The translations under genes were made by a program, and so were the position numbers. Below are positions 36,073-46,197 of a stretch of 64,000 bases of DNA, in pieces (the stretch's first letter is position 1; every line of letters begins with the position of its first letter). The notes beneath the pieces were generated by a model. That model was not told the DNA's origin. It saw only the letters and a program-made list of their open reading frames with translations, and did no database searches. The stretch comes from Abditibacterium sp. (GTDB lineage Bacteria; Armatimonadota; Abditibacteriia; Abditibacteriales; Abditibacteriaceae), in assembly GCA_965246885.1 (NCBI GenBank), contig OZ251992.1, positions 352,001-416,000 of the forward strand. The letters are read 5' to 3'.

Positions 36073-37068
36073 ATGCAATACACACCCAACTCCGCGCGCT
36101 ACGACGCGATGCAATACCGCCGCGCCGGTCGCTCCGGCCTCAAACTGCCCGCCGTATCACTTGGCCTGTGGCACAACTTCGGCGGCGTGGACAGCCTCGA
36201 AAACGTGCGTGCCATGCTGCGCACCGCCTTTGATTTAGGCGTCACCCACTTCGATTTGGCCGACAACTACGGCCCGCCTGCCGGGAGCGCCGAAGCGAAT
36301 TTTGGCTTGCTCGTCAACCAAGACTGGCGTCCCCTGCGCGACGAACTCATCATTTCCACCAAGGCAGGATGTGGCATGTGGCCGGGGCCGTATGGCAACT
36401 GGGGGAGCCGCAAATACTTGTTGGCCGGCTTGAACGCCAGTTTGAAGCGGATGAACCTCGATTATGTGGACATTTTTTACCACCACCGCCCCGACCCCGA
36501 CACGCCACTCGAAGAAACGATGGGCGCGCTCGCTTCGGCAGTTCAAAGCGGCAAGGCGCTCTATGCCGCGATTTCCAACTACCCCGCCGAGCGCGCCGCA
36601 CAAGCTGCGCAGATTCTGCGCGACTTGAAGGTGCCGTGCTTGCTCGACCAGCCGTCTTATTCCATCTTCAACCGTTGGCTCGAACGGGACGGCTTGCTCT
36701 CCACCCTTGAAACCGAGGGAGTCGGTTGTATCGTGTTCTCGCCGCTCGCGCAGGGGATGCTGTCGGATAAGTATCTCGGCGGCATCCCGTCCGATTCGCG
36801 CGCCGCCAGTGCGACCGGCTCTCTATCAGAAAGCGCCCTGTCGCCCGAAGCCATCGAGCGCATCCGCGCGCTCAACGCCATAGCGCGCGAACGCGGACAA
36901 TCCCTCGCGCAAATGGCACTCGCGTGGTGCCTGCGCCATCCGCAAATGACTTCGGTACTCATCGGCGCAAGCAAACCCGCGCAGATAGAGGACAGCGTGG
37001 GCGCCCTGCAAAACCTCGACTTTTCCGCCGAGGAATTGGCGCGCATTGACGAAATCGCGCCGAGGTAA
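36073..37068 (+). CDS. Aldo/keto reductase, L-glyceraldehyde 3-phosphate reductase (MgrA/Gpr-like)
   Basis: GLKLPAVSLGLWHNFG, HFDLADNYGPP, ISTKAG, DIFYHHRPD, FSPLAQG. Confidence 0.92.
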   Translation: MQYTPNSARYDAMQYRRAGRSGLKLPAVSLGLWHNFGGVDSLENVRAMLRTAFDLGVTHFDLADNYGPPAGSAEANFGLLVNQDWRPLRDELIISTKAGCGMWPGPYGNWGSRKYLLAGLNASLKRMNLDYVDIFYHHRPDPDTPLEETMGALASAVQSGKALYAAISNYPAERAAQAAQILRDLKVPCLLDQPSYSIFNRWLERDGLLSTLETEGVGCIVFSPLAQGMLSDKYLGGIPSDSRAASATGSLSESALSPEAIERIRALNAIARERGQSLAQMALAWCLRHPQMTSVLIGASKPAQIEDSVGALQNLDFSAEELARIDEIAPR

Positions 37069-37080
37069 AGGTGTTCCCGC

Positions 37081-38307
37081 TTAGGAGAACATCTTTTTCA
37101 GGAACCCGCCTTTCTTGGCGGGTTCTTCCATTGGCGCGGCTTCGAGGCCCAGTATCTCGTGCGCTAAACGGTTGATCTCCTTGGCGATGGGGGTGGTGGG
37201 GTCGTAGATGACGAACGGCTTGCCCTCGTTGATGGAGCGCACCACGATGCGGCCATCGGAGGGGACTTTGGAGATCATCTTGACGCCCAACACGTTCTCG
37301 ACATCGGCGAGGGAGATGCCGACATCGGAGTTGGCGCGGTTGAGCACGGGCTGTATCTTTTCGGGCGTGTAAAGTTGCCGCAGCATCTCCAAGGCGGTGC
37401 GGGTCTTGTGCAGCGCGAGCAGGTCGAGCGAGGTGAGGAGCAGGACGGTCTTGGCGGCGTCGAGAACGGCGAGGGTGGTGTCTTGGAGTTGCGAGGGCGT
37501 GTCCACGATAATGACATCGTAGTTGTCACGCAGGGTGTCAATGACTTGCTCGACGGTGTAGACGGTGATGGACTCGGCGTATTGCGGCGTCGAAGGCGCA
37601 ACCAACACTTTGAGGCCCGATTCGGGATGCACCGTCAGATACTGCTCCAACAGTTCGGCGTCAATCCCGCCGTGCCCCTTCTGGGCGAGGCCCGCGATGG
37701 TGTTTTGCGGGGACAGGTTGAGCATTAGGTCTATGTCGCCGAACTGCAAGTTGAGGTCAACCAGCGCCACGCGCGGCGGCTTGCCTTCGGCGCCCAAGAT
37801 TTTGGCGAGCGCGACGGCAAGGTTGGCCGAGAGCATGGATTTCCCGGCGCCGCCTTGGGGCGAGTAGATGGCGATGACATCGCCGCGTTTGCGCGAGGGG
37901 TCTTGCGAGGGCGGCGCGGCGAAGTCGCGTTGCTTGGCGGCGGTGGTGTGAACGTGGCGAACGGCGGAGAGAAGGTCGTCGTTCGAGACGGGACGCATCA
38001 AGCAGTCACGGGCGCCAGCGCGCATCAAGCGGCGCATCAGTTCCATATCCGCGCCGTCGAGGAGGACGATGGTCGCGGTATCGGCGTTAGCTTCGGCGAT
38101 TTCGTCGAGTATGGACAGCGAATCGCCGCCCAAAAGGGCGCCGTCGAGGAGGACGACCGCCGGGCGCAATTGACGGCACAAATCGAGGGCGCTGCGCCGG
38201 TCGTTGGCACTACCGACCACCGAGACTTCGGAGTCGCGCGACAACATGATTTCCAAGTCGCGGCAGGAATCGGCGCGGGGATCGGCGAGGAGGACGGAAA
38301 TAGGCAT
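37081..38307 (-). CDS. cpaE: Tad pilus CpaE/TadZ (receiver plus MinD-like ATPase)
   Basis: N-terminal REC domain; SPQGGAGKS, LVDLNLQFGD, IIVDTP, VLNR. Confidence 0.88.
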   Translation of the reverse strand: MPISVLLADPRADSCRDLEIMLSRDSEVSVVGSANDRRSALDLCRQLRPAVVLLDGALLGGDSLSILDEIAEANADTATIVLLDGADMELMRRLMRAGARDCLMRPVSNDDLLSAVRHVHTTAAKQRDFAAPPSQDPSRKRGDVIAIYSPQGGAGKSMLSANLAVALAKILGAEGKPPRVALVDLNLQFGDIDLMLNLSPQNTIAGLAQKGHGGIDAELLEQYLTVHPESGLKVLVAPSTPQYAESITVYTVEQVIDTLRDNYDVIIVDTPSQLQDTTLAVLDAAKTVLLLTSLDLLALHKTRTALEMLRQLYTPEKIQPVLNRANSDVGISLADVENVLGVKMISKVPSDGRIVVRSINEGKPFVIYDPTTPIAKEINRLAHEILGLEAAPMEEPAKKGGFLKKMFS

Positions 38308-38420
38308 GAGAGCAGGTGGAAAGTCTAAGGAGGCGGAAACAGAACCCGGAGAGTAAGCGATGGGCACGCCCATCGGTGGCTGTCGCGCGTGCCCGTCACT
38401 TACTCTCCGGGTTCTTGTTA

Positions 38421-41372
38421 TCAACCGGGCGCGCGTGTGGTGGATTGGAACAGGATGGCGTTGGAGTCTTGGCGCGACGGGAGTTGCGGGAACGACGGCA
38501 TGCGGTCTTTAAACGCTTCCGTTGTTGGGGTCGCGGGCAAGGAGTCTATGCGCGGGGTCATGAAAATGGCCAACTCCGTTTCGTTGTTCTCGAAGCGGTG
38601 CGACTGGAAGAGGGAGCCGATGATGGGGATGCTGCCCAAGATGGGCACGCGGCTGGTCTGCTGGCGCTTCTCGTTGGTGATAAGGCCGCCCATGATGATG
38701 ACGTCGCCGGGACGCACGGCGAGCGAGGTGTCAATGGAGCGCACGGTTTCGCCGGGGATGAGCGCACCATTGAGGTTGATTTCAAAGGTGCGGTCGGGCT
38801 GGGTGATATCGGCGCGGATTTGCAAGAGGATGGTGTTGTCGTCGGACACGGTCGGGCGCATCGAGATGATGACACCATAGCGCCGGAACTCGACGCTTTG
38901 CGCCGTCGCGCCCGTTGTGGCGACGGCGGACGGGACGGGTCGCTCGCCGCCGATGGTGATTTGCGCGGGCATCCCTTCGACGGCGCGGATGTTGGGGCGC
39001 GACAGGACGCGGGCGTCGCCGCGCGATTCGAGGGCGTTGAGTTGAACGCGGAACGGGTCAATGAAGCTCCCGCCGCCAAAACCGCCAAAACCGTTGCCAG
39101 CGAGGGCTTGGCCCTCCTTGAAGGTGGGGGAGATGGTGCGCGTCGTTACGCCGTTCGAGATGGTCTCGCCCGTTGTGGTGGCCGTGCCGAACTGCGCGCC
39201 CAAGTTGCGTAGCGCGGTGCGGGAAATCTCCACGACGCTGGTTTCAACAGTCACGTTGCGCACCGTCGCTTGGGAGGGGTCGGTGATGCGCACAAACATT
39301 TGCACGCCCAGCGCCCGCAAGTAGCCGCCTGCCGGGTCGTAGGCAGGGAGCGCTGGTTCGATGCCCGATGGCCGCAACGTGCCCGCCGCGCTTTGGAACA
39401 GGATGGTGCCGTAGCGTTTGACGGTTTCATAGTCGCCGCGCGTGGCGACGGTGCCGTAGATGGCGGCGGAGTTGGGCGAGGTGCGCGAGACGGTCACAGT
39501 GGTAATACCCGTCACGGCGCGCAATCGCTCGGTGAGCGTCCTGTCTTCGCCTTGGAGCGCCTGCGTTTGGTAGTAGGGGTCTTGCGCGCTGGTTTGACCG
39601 GGCACGACGATAAAGGGCATGACGGGCTGGCCGAGCGAGGGCAAGATGCGCAAAATCGCTTCGGCGTCTTCGGCAGAGGCGGCGCGCGCTTTGAGAGCGA
39701 GACCGCCCGGAAGCGCGACGAGTTCAATACTGGAGTTGCCCGTCAAGCGGCGCAAGTTGCTTTGCAGGGCGCCTTCGGGACTGGCGCTGTAGGTGCCCGT
39801 CGAAACGGTGTCAATGGTGGGCGCGCTGGAGTCGGCGTATAAAGAACTCAGAACGCGGCTCACATAGAAGGACGCAGTGGCCTGCGCGCCCTCAACTTCG
39901 GCGGCGTTGCGGAGTGTGCCCGTCAAGCGCGCGGCGAGGGTGCCGTCGGGCAAACGCACGACGGACGTGCGCACGCGCGGGTCGGCGAGCGCGATTTGAA
40001 TGGACGCCTCGACAGCGCGCGGGTCGCGCGACAATAGAGGCGCAGCCGAGGTGCCGCCGCGTGCGACGGTTTGGACGCGGTAAACGTTGGCGCGTCCAAC
40101 GGCGTCGCCGGGGTAGCGCGCGGTGAAGACGGCGAGGGTCGAGATGCCCGCTCCGGTGCCGGTCACGGCGATGGTGCGGGCGTTAATGGCGCGGGCGTCC
40201 ATCACGTTCGGATCGGAAAAGAAGACCGACAGGATGTTGTCGGGGAACGACACCAAGCGCGCCAAGCCTTGCGTCACTTCGATGCCGGGGCGCGGGCCAC
40301 CCATAGCGACGCCGTGCGGCAGGTGTGAGGTGGTGCGATACGGTACGCTCGCGTTTTGGACGCGGGCGGGTTGGGGCAGGATGGGCGACACGCGCGCCGG
40401 ACGCGGCGCGGGGAATCCGGCATCGGCGGGCGGAAGGGGGCGGAGCACGACGGCCCCTCCCGGCGTGGCGGAAAAGGTCGGCGGACGCTTCGCGGGAGTC
40501 GGCGAACCGGTCGCGCGCGCCCCGGAATGACCCGCCGACGCTGGGAGATCGGGCAGAGAGGGCGTTGGAACGGCGAGCGAGTCGTCCGGCAAGTTCAGCG
40601 TGCCCCCATTCGCCGTGCCCGCCCCCGCCGGAGTGGGTAGCGTCGCGCCGAAATTGGTCGGGCCGTTGGGCGTTCCGGCGGGCGGGTTGATGACCGCGCC
40701 GCCATTGGGAAACCCGGCGGGAGCCGTCGCGGAGTTAACACCGGACGAAAACAAGCCGCTTCCCGCTCTGTTTAACGGTTGCACACCGCCCAGATTGGAG
40801 GGGATAGTTGGCATCTGCGAGAGCGGGTCGGAGGCCGCGAGTTGCGATTGCGCGCGTTGCGTCACAAGCGGTTGCTCAACCGCATGGGCAGATACAACAG
40901 CGACTGGAAGCGGAGCCGGAACGGGCGCCATTGGAATGGGCATCGGCGGCGTGGCGAGGGAATGTGAGTGGGCGACAAAGCGGAACAGGAGATGGTCGCG
41001 CGTGCCATCGGGGTTCTCGACGCGCACCCGGACGGCGCCGGGAGAAAGGGCGCGCACGGTCAGCGTGCCGCTTTGCGCGTTGATGTGCGCGTTTTGGGCG
41101 CCGCTCACCACGATCCAGCGCGCGCCGGACGCAAGCGGAAAGCAGGCACTTTTGCCCACACGGAGCATCATCGGCGGCGCCACAACTGGCGCGAGCGAGG
41201 CGCTATGAGCGCGCGGCGCATAAAAGGCGGGCCACACGAGGACAAACCCCAAACACAGCGCGCGGCGCCGACGCAGGGAAAAGAGCGGTTCGGGCGCGGC
41301 GAGCGAGCGGGTCAAAACGCGCGGCGTCCGGTGCGAACGCAGGGCGGACGCGAGAAATGGCGAAGAATTCAT
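38421..41372 (-). CDS. cpaC: Tad pilus secretin CpaC/RcpA with long Pro-rich N-terminal region
   Basis: VLSRPNI, GGERPVP, SVEFRRYGV, VPILGSIPIIGSLF, ETELAIFMTP. Confidence 0.88.
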   Translation of the reverse strand: MNSSPFLASALRSHRTPRVLTRSLAAPEPLFSLRRRRALCLGFVLVWPAFYAPRAHSASLAPVVAPPMMLRVGKSACFPLASGARWIVVSGAQNAHINAQSGTLTVRALSPGAVRVRVENPDGTRDHLLFRFVAHSHSLATPPMPIPMAPVPAPLPVAVVSAHAVEQPLVTQRAQSQLAASDPLSQMPTIPSNLGGVQPLNRAGSGLFSSGVNSATAPAGFPNGGAVINPPAGTPNGPTNFGATLPTPAGAGTANGGTLNLPDDSLAVPTPSLPDLPASAGHSGARATGSPTPAKRPPTFSATPGGAVVLRPLPPADAGFPAPRPARVSPILPQPARVQNASVPYRTTSHLPHGVAMGGPRPGIEVTQGLARLVSFPDNILSVFFSDPNVMDARAINARTIAVTGTGAGISTLAVFTARYPGDAVGRANVYRVQTVARGGTSAAPLLSRDPRAVEASIQIALADPRVRTSVVRLPDGTLAARLTGTLRNAAEVEGAQATASFYVSRVLSSLYADSSAPTIDTVSTGTYSASPEGALQSNLRRLTGNSSIELVALPGGLALKARAASAEDAEAILRILPSLGQPVMPFIVVPGQTSAQDPYYQTQALQGEDRTLTERLRAVTGITTVTVSRTSPNSAAIYGTVATRGDYETVKRYGTILFQSAAGTLRPSGIEPALPAYDPAGGYLRALGVQMFVRITDPSQATVRNVTVETSVVEISRTALRNLGAQFGTATTTGETISNGVTTRTISPTFKEGQALAGNGFGGFGGGSFIDPFRVQLNALESRGDARVLSRPNIRAVEGMPAQITIGGERPVPSAVATTGATAQSVEFRRYGVIISMRPTVSDDNTILLQIRADITQPDRTFEINLNGALIPGETVRSIDTSLAVRPGDVIIMGGLITNEKRQQTSRVPILGSIPIIGSLFQSHRFENNETELAIFMTPRIDSLPATPTTEAFKDRMPSFPQLPSRQDSNAILFQSTTRAPG

Positions 41373-41402
41373 GGCGAAAAGGACGAAATGGGACGGCGAA
41401 AA

Positions 41403-42671
41403 TTAGCTCGCAGGAGCGGGTAGCGGCACGGTCTCGGTGCGCAGGATTTTGCCGTCGCCGTAAACCGGAATCGAGTAGCTTTGCTGGGGTGTCGGCGCGG
41501 GCGCGGCGGAGGCGGAAAGGCCGGAGTCATTCGGCGTGTTGAGATTACCACCGACTTTAGCGGGCGTAACACCTCCGGCAGACGGGAAGACCAGCCCACC
41601 GTCATTCACTTCGAGCGGACGCTTGCCGCCGCGACGCAAGCGCGGCCCGCCGCTTCGCGGTGCCGCTCCAGCAAGACCGGCCAGCGACTTCATCATGTCT
41701 GCTCCCATCTTGGCCACCGGGTCGTTACTCCCTTTTTTGTGGTTTTCGGCGTAGGGCGCGATTTGCAACTTCGTCACCGATACGCTTTGCACGCCTGCCG
41801 TTCCCAAAGCCCCATCGGGGCCATCTTCGGTGGGCGCGATTTCCGTCGAACGGTTGCCGGGAAGCGCGGGGCGCACGAGGAAGTCGAGTGTCGCGTTCGA
41901 GGCCAGAGCCAGTTGCAACTGCGCGGCTTGGCGCGGCGTCACTTCCAGCGTCAGCGCCGGGTCGGGGCGCGGCGCATTGGGCGCGGGGGTGGGCGTTGCG
42001 GCGGGAGCAGCACTGGCGCCACCGTTGCCATCGCCCGCGTCAGCGCCGGTTTTGCTGCTCGCTTTCAGTGGCCCGCGCATGGCGGCAGACACGTTCGGAA
42101 AATCGTTCGCCGATACGTCCACGCCCAAGACGCGCACGTTTTGAATGAGCGTGCGCGACTCTTGGCCATCGAAGGCGGCCAGAACGTCTATCGTGTTGCC
42201 GATGCGAACGAGGTCGTGGAGCGTGGGCTTGTTCGCAATGGGCACGATCATCGCGCGCGTTCCGGGACGGAGCAGACCGGCGATGCCGGTTTCCGACACG
42301 TGGCCAACGAAGTCGTTTGCGGGGCGGATTTTGGAACCGGCGGGAATGTCCACGCGCGTAATGAAGCCCGCGCCCTGCCCTTCGATGTCGGTGATGTACT
42401 CCTTGGTGGATGGCACATCGGACGGCCCCATCGTGAGCATATCGGGCGTGACGATGGAGTTGGCCGGGATGTCCACCCGCGCCGTAGCGATGCGGCCCGT
42501 CGGCGTTTTGGCTGAGACGGTCTGCGCGTTCGGGTCAGAAATGGCGTCGTTTGTCAAAGCGACGCTTTTGGGAGCCGTGCGCAAGTGCGACAAGGAGCGG
42601 AAAGCGCCGTAGAACCCAACGGCTCCCACAATGAGGAGCAAACCCACGAGAATTTTGCGGTTAGAACGCAT
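41403..42671 (-). CDS. cpaB: Flp pilus assembly protein CpaB/RcpC
   Basis: N-terminal TM, SAF domain, LRPGTRAM, IDVL, IQNVRVLGV, LTLEVTP. Confidence 0.88.
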   Translation of the reverse strand: MRSNRKILVGLLLIVGAVGFYGAFRSLSHLRTAPKSVALTNDAISDPNAQTVSAKTPTGRIATARVDIPANSIVTPDMLTMGPSDVPSTKEYITDIEGQGAGFITRVDIPAGSKIRPANDFVGHVSETGIAGLLRPGTRAMIVPIANKPTLHDLVRIGNTIDVLAAFDGQESRTLIQNVRVLGVDVSANDFPNVSAAMRGPLKASSKTGADAGDGNGGASAAPAATPTPAPNAPRPDPALTLEVTPRQAAQLQLALASNATLDFLVRPALPGNRSTEIAPTEDGPDGALGTAGVQSVSVTKLQIAPYAENHKKGSNDPVAKMGADMMKSLAGLAGAAPRSGGPRLRRGGKRPLEVNDGGLVFPSAGGVTPAKVGGNLNTPNDSGLSASAAPAPTPQQSYSIPVYGDGKILRTETVPLPAPAS

Positions 42672-42905
42672 GGCAAATAGGAAGAAGCCGCCCGTCGCGC
42701 CGCCCTTTGCGAGGGGCCAGCGAGAGGTTAAGGTCTTAACTCTCTTCGCTGAGGCAACGTTGTCGCCAAGCCCCGCCGCAAAGCGCGCGAGTTCGCGCCC
42801 CTGCGTGCCCTATTTTAACGGTTAAACCGCCTCAGCACCACTTCCGCCGCCAAAACAGCCCGCGCGCGGCGGGCTGTCAGGAGCATTTGCAGGGACAAGT
42901 GCGGC

Positions 42906-44423
42906 TTAGCCCGCTTCCAGCGCCGCTTCGCGTTCGCGCTCGGCGGTAGGCGAGGGGAGCAAACTGACGCGGGTGATGCGCACGCGCTCGACGGCTTCGA
43001 CGCGAATCTTCGCGCCATTGATTTCCACCTCGTCGCCCACTTTGGCGGGGCGCCCCAGTTCGGTCAGCACCAGCCCCGCGACGGTATCGGCCTCATCTTG
43101 GCGAAAGCCGGTCTCGAAGCGCGCGTTGATTTCTTCAATGAGCGTGCGCCCCGCCAGAAAGGTGCGTCCTTCGGCGTCCTGCCCCAACTCTTCGGGTTCC
43201 ACTTCGTCGAACTCATCCGACATTTCGCCGAACACTTGATCGAGCAGGTCGCCCAGCGTCACCAAGCCCGCCGTGCCGCCGAACTCGTCTATCACGATGG
43301 CCATCTGCTGCCGCGTCTTCTTAAACTGCACCAGCAGTTTGTCGGCAGTCGAGGTTTCCGGCAAGCGCAACGTTTCGCGCATGATGGGCATCAGCGAGAC
43401 TAACTCCTCATCCCCGCCCGCGCCCAGCTTGGCGATGAACGGCACTAAGTCCTTGAGGTGCACCACGCCAATTACATCATCGAGCGAACCCGTATACACC
43501 GGCACGCGCGAGTGCGGATGCGAATGAACCCACGCCCGTAGCGCCAAGCGCGGCAGTTGGAGCGGCAGGGCCTGCACCTCGACGCGCGGCACCATCACTT
43601 CGCGTAGCGTCAAGTCCGAAAAGCGCACCACGCGGTGCAAGATGTCGGCTTCGATGGCGTTAAGTTCGCCGCCCTCATGCGAGCGGGACACCAGCAAGTC
43701 CAACTCTTCGGGCGAGTGGACGTTGTCGTGCTCGCCCACTTCCTTCACGCCCAAAACGCGCAAAATCGCGCGCGCCACGCCCGTCAAAGCCCACACGAGC
43801 GGCGTCGTGAGTCGCACAAACAGCGACATCGGGCGCACGCACAACATGGCCACCGCTTCGCTCCTTTGCAGGGTGATGGACTTGGGCACCAGTTCGCCCA
43901 GAATGACGTGCAACGACGTCATCAGCAGATACGCCAGCACCGTCGCCACGCCCACGCGCGTCAGCAGGAGCACCGAATCGGGCATCCACCAGAACAAGCG
44001 CCACATGAGCGGCTCCAACGTGTTCTCGCCCACGCTACCCAAAATCAGCGAGGCGACCGTCACGCCGATTTGCGTCGCGGCAATGTACTTGTCCAGCCGC
44101 CGAATGGCGCGTTGCACCGCCTTGGCGCCCGCCGAGCCTTCTGCCGCGAGTTGGTCAATGCGCGTCTTGCGCACGGCCACGAGGGAAAACTCCGACGCCA
44201 CGAAGAAGCCGTTGAGAAGCACGAGCGCGAGCACAACGGCCAGTTTCCAACCGATGCCGCGCAGGTCACCTTCAGGGGCCGGAATCGAGGTCGCGGGCGC
44301 GGCGAGGGCCGCAACGGGCAAGGTGAGGACGCCCAAAAGGGCCAACAAAAGCGCGCGGCGCGGCCAAGGGGCGCGACGCGCGGAGCGACTTCGAGGAAGC
44401 GCGGGGTCTAAAGACGGTTGCAT
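42906..44423 (-). CDS. Hemolysin-family CNNM (DUF21) + CBS + CorC protein
   Basis: NGFFVASEFS, TQIGVT, GELVPK, EVMVPR, HSRVPVY, VIDEFGGTAGLVT. Confidence 0.92.
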   Translation of the reverse strand: MQPSLDPALPRSRSARRAPWPRRALLLALLGVLTLPVAALAAPATSIPAPEGDLRGIGWKLAVVLALVLLNGFFVASEFSLVAVRKTRIDQLAAEGSAGAKAVQRAIRRLDKYIAATQIGVTVASLILGSVGENTLEPLMWRLFWWMPDSVLLLTRVGVATVLAYLLMTSLHVILGELVPKSITLQRSEAVAMLCVRPMSLFVRLTTPLVWALTGVARAILRVLGVKEVGEHDNVHSPEELDLLVSRSHEGGELNAIEADILHRVVRFSDLTLREVMVPRVEVQALPLQLPRLALRAWVHSHPHSRVPVYTGSLDDVIGVVHLKDLVPFIAKLGAGGDEELVSLMPIMRETLRLPETSTADKLLVQFKKTRQQMAIVIDEFGGTAGLVTLGDLLDQVFGEMSDEFDEVEPEELGQDAEGRTFLAGRTLIEEINARFETGFRQDEADTVAGLVLTELGRPAKVGDEVEINGAKIRVEAVERVRITRVSLLPSPTAEREREAALEAG

Positions 44424-44521
44424 GTAAAAGCAGACAAGGCCATGCCGCGCGAAACGGGGCACGCCAAAGAAACGCGGCGGAGCGAGAACCGTTCCGAATT
44501 TAGCAGATACTCCACCTGTCG

Positions 44522-44623
44522 GGGGCAGCGCCCATAGGGGCAGCGCCCATAGGGGCAGCGCCCATAGGGGCAGCGCCCATAGGGGCAGCGCCCATAGGGG
44601 CAGCGCCCATAGGGGCAGCGCCC
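44522..44623. repeat. Perfect 15-bp tandem repeat (GGGGCAGCGCCCATA), 6 full copies plus 12-bp partial
   Basis: Read directly; lies between two divergent genes. Confidence 0.97.
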
Positions 44624-44723
44624 GGGAAAATTTATTGCCCGCGCGCCCGCGAAATGCCCCACAAAGGGCGCGCGGCGTGATAAAATGCCGTCAACGGTTT
44701 GCCCAAACCCGTCCCGATTCCTC

Positions 44724-45926
44724 ATGCCTCGCATAGATTCCCTGACGGCGCAAATGCGCCAACGCTCGGTCAAGCGTGTGTCGGTGCGCTCCGACGAGAA
44801 GATGCAACTCTTCGACGACCAAGGCCGCTTGCTGGGCGCCGGAGCCGCCTTGTCGGGCGAGGTCATCGCGGGCTTGCTGTCGCAAATCGCGCCTTCTTCC
44901 TTGGACGGCACGCCCATCTCGTTCCCCTATTCCGGGCGCGACGGGCAATTCGAGGTTTCCATCAAAGACGGCGGCAAAGATTTCGACCTCCACGCCCTGT
45001 CCTTCGCCCACAGTGCCCCGCTTCAAACGCACTCCCAGCCGCAAACCCAAAGCGTTACGGTCGCTGACTCAACTTTCACCGTGCCCGACGTGGCGCCCGC
45101 TTCGGCCCCCGCCACCGCTCCAGTTGCTGCGCCCGCCCTGCTCGCCGAGTGGTTTTACCTGAGCGGAGCCGAGCAAGTCGGCAACAACTCACCCGATCAA
45201 ATCCGCGCCCTCATCGCCGGAGGCCAAATCAGCCCCGACACCCAAATGTGGACGGCGGGCATGGCGGATTGGCTCCCCGCCTCACAAACCGAGTTCGCGC
45301 CCTTCCTGCCCGACCCAAGCGCCGCGTCCGCGAGCGGTCACACGTCCGGCGCCGCTTTTGAAAAGCCCCGCACCTACGGCAACGGCCCCTACAACATCTA
45401 CGGCTCCGGCGACGACGACAACACCAGTGGCACCGGCGAAGACGCCGAAGTGCCCTTGGAAGCGCGCGGCCTGTTCAACGTCGGCGCCGCGCTGTTCCCC
45501 TCGCTGTGGTGCTACTGCATGGGGCTGGAATCGTGGGGACGCGCCATCTTCTTTTTCAACATTATCTGGTGGAGAATGCCCTGGATGTTGTTCCCCTTCT
45601 TCTTGTTGCTCAAAGTCCTCGCCTGCCTTTACTTGGGCGTTTGCGGCAACCGCTTGGGATGGCAACACCGCCGCTTCACATCGGTGCAGGACTTCAAAAA
45701 GTGCCAGTTCCTGTGGGCCACCGTCTCGGCGGGCGTGACCGCTTTCCTCGCCCTTGCAATCGTGCTCATCATGATGTGGGCGCAGGGCCAAGCCAACATC
45801 TACAACGCCACCCTTCATTCCGGCTCGTCGTCAAGTAGCACGATTCCTCCCGGCAACGGCAAACCGTTTGGCAACTTGCCGGGCGCCGATCCATCCGTTC
45901 CCTCTCCCGCTCCCGGCACGCCGTAA
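44724..45926 (+). CDS. GYF_2 (DUF4339) domain membrane protein
   Basis: WFYLSG...GQISPDTQMWTAGMADW; C-terminal TM region with GNRLGW; TGaTAAAAT extended -10 at 44678-44686. Confidence 0.75.
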   Translation: MPRIDSLTAQMRQRSVKRVSVRSDEKMQLFDDQGRLLGAGAALSGEVIAGLLSQIAPSSLDGTPISFPYSGRDGQFEVSIKDGGKDFDLHALSFAHSAPLQTHSQPQTQSVTVADSTFTVPDVAPASAPATAPVAAPALLAEWFYLSGAEQVGNNSPDQIRALIAGGQISPDTQMWTAGMADWLPASQTEFAPFLPDPSAASASGHTSGAAFEKPRTYGNGPYNIYGSGDDDNTSGTGEDAEVPLEARGLFNVGAALFPSLWCYCMGLESWGRAIFFFNIIWWRMPWMLFPFFLLLKVLACLYLGVCGNRLGWQHRRFTSVQDFKKCQFLWATVSAGVTAFLALAIVLIMMWAQGQANIYNATLHSGSSSSSTIPPGNGKPFGNLPGADPSVPSPAPGTP

Positions 45927-45944
45927 GCCACTCCCTTCAACGGG

Positions 45945-45977
45945 CACGCCCGCGACTTCGGGGAAGTCGCGGGCGTG
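45945..45977. terminator. Terminator hairpin between the GYF gene and the convergent tRNA
   Basis: CACGCCCGCGACTTC-ggg-GAAGTCGCGGGCGTG, 15-bp stem. Confidence 0.75.
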
Positions 45978-45987
45978 TTCTTGGGTC

Positions 45988-46061
45988 AGCCGCCTGCCGG
46001 AATCGAACCGGCGACCTTCTCATTACGAGTGAGACGCTCTACCATCTGAGACTAAGGCGGC
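45988..46061 (-). tRNA. tRNA-Thr (anticodon CGT), CCA not encoded
   Basis: Acceptor GCCGCCT/AGGCGGC, anticodon arm TCTCA-CTCGTAA-TGAGA, T arm GCCGG-TTCGATT-CCGGC. Confidence 0.95.
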
Positions 46062-46090
46062 ACCTCTGATGTAGCCAAAGGCTACAGAGA

Positions 46091-46096
46091 ATTATA
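46091..46096 (-). promoter_or_regulatory. Consensus -10 box for the tRNA gene
   Basis: TATAAT about 30 nt upstream of the tRNA 5' end. Confidence 0.6.
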
Positions 46097-46197
46097 AACG
46101 GCGCGCGCCCGCGCCGCAAGGCGAATCGGTGACTGAAGCGTCCCTGCCCCGGCCCACTTCGTTCCGCCCGCTCGTGACGGCAGAGGCGGAACTCCTC

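Noticed and set aside
44408..44917. ORF encoding GRCPY repeats as a Cys-rich metalloprotein
   Set aside because: It is the translation of the 15-bp VNTR and overlaps both neighbouring genes; no independent coding evidence.
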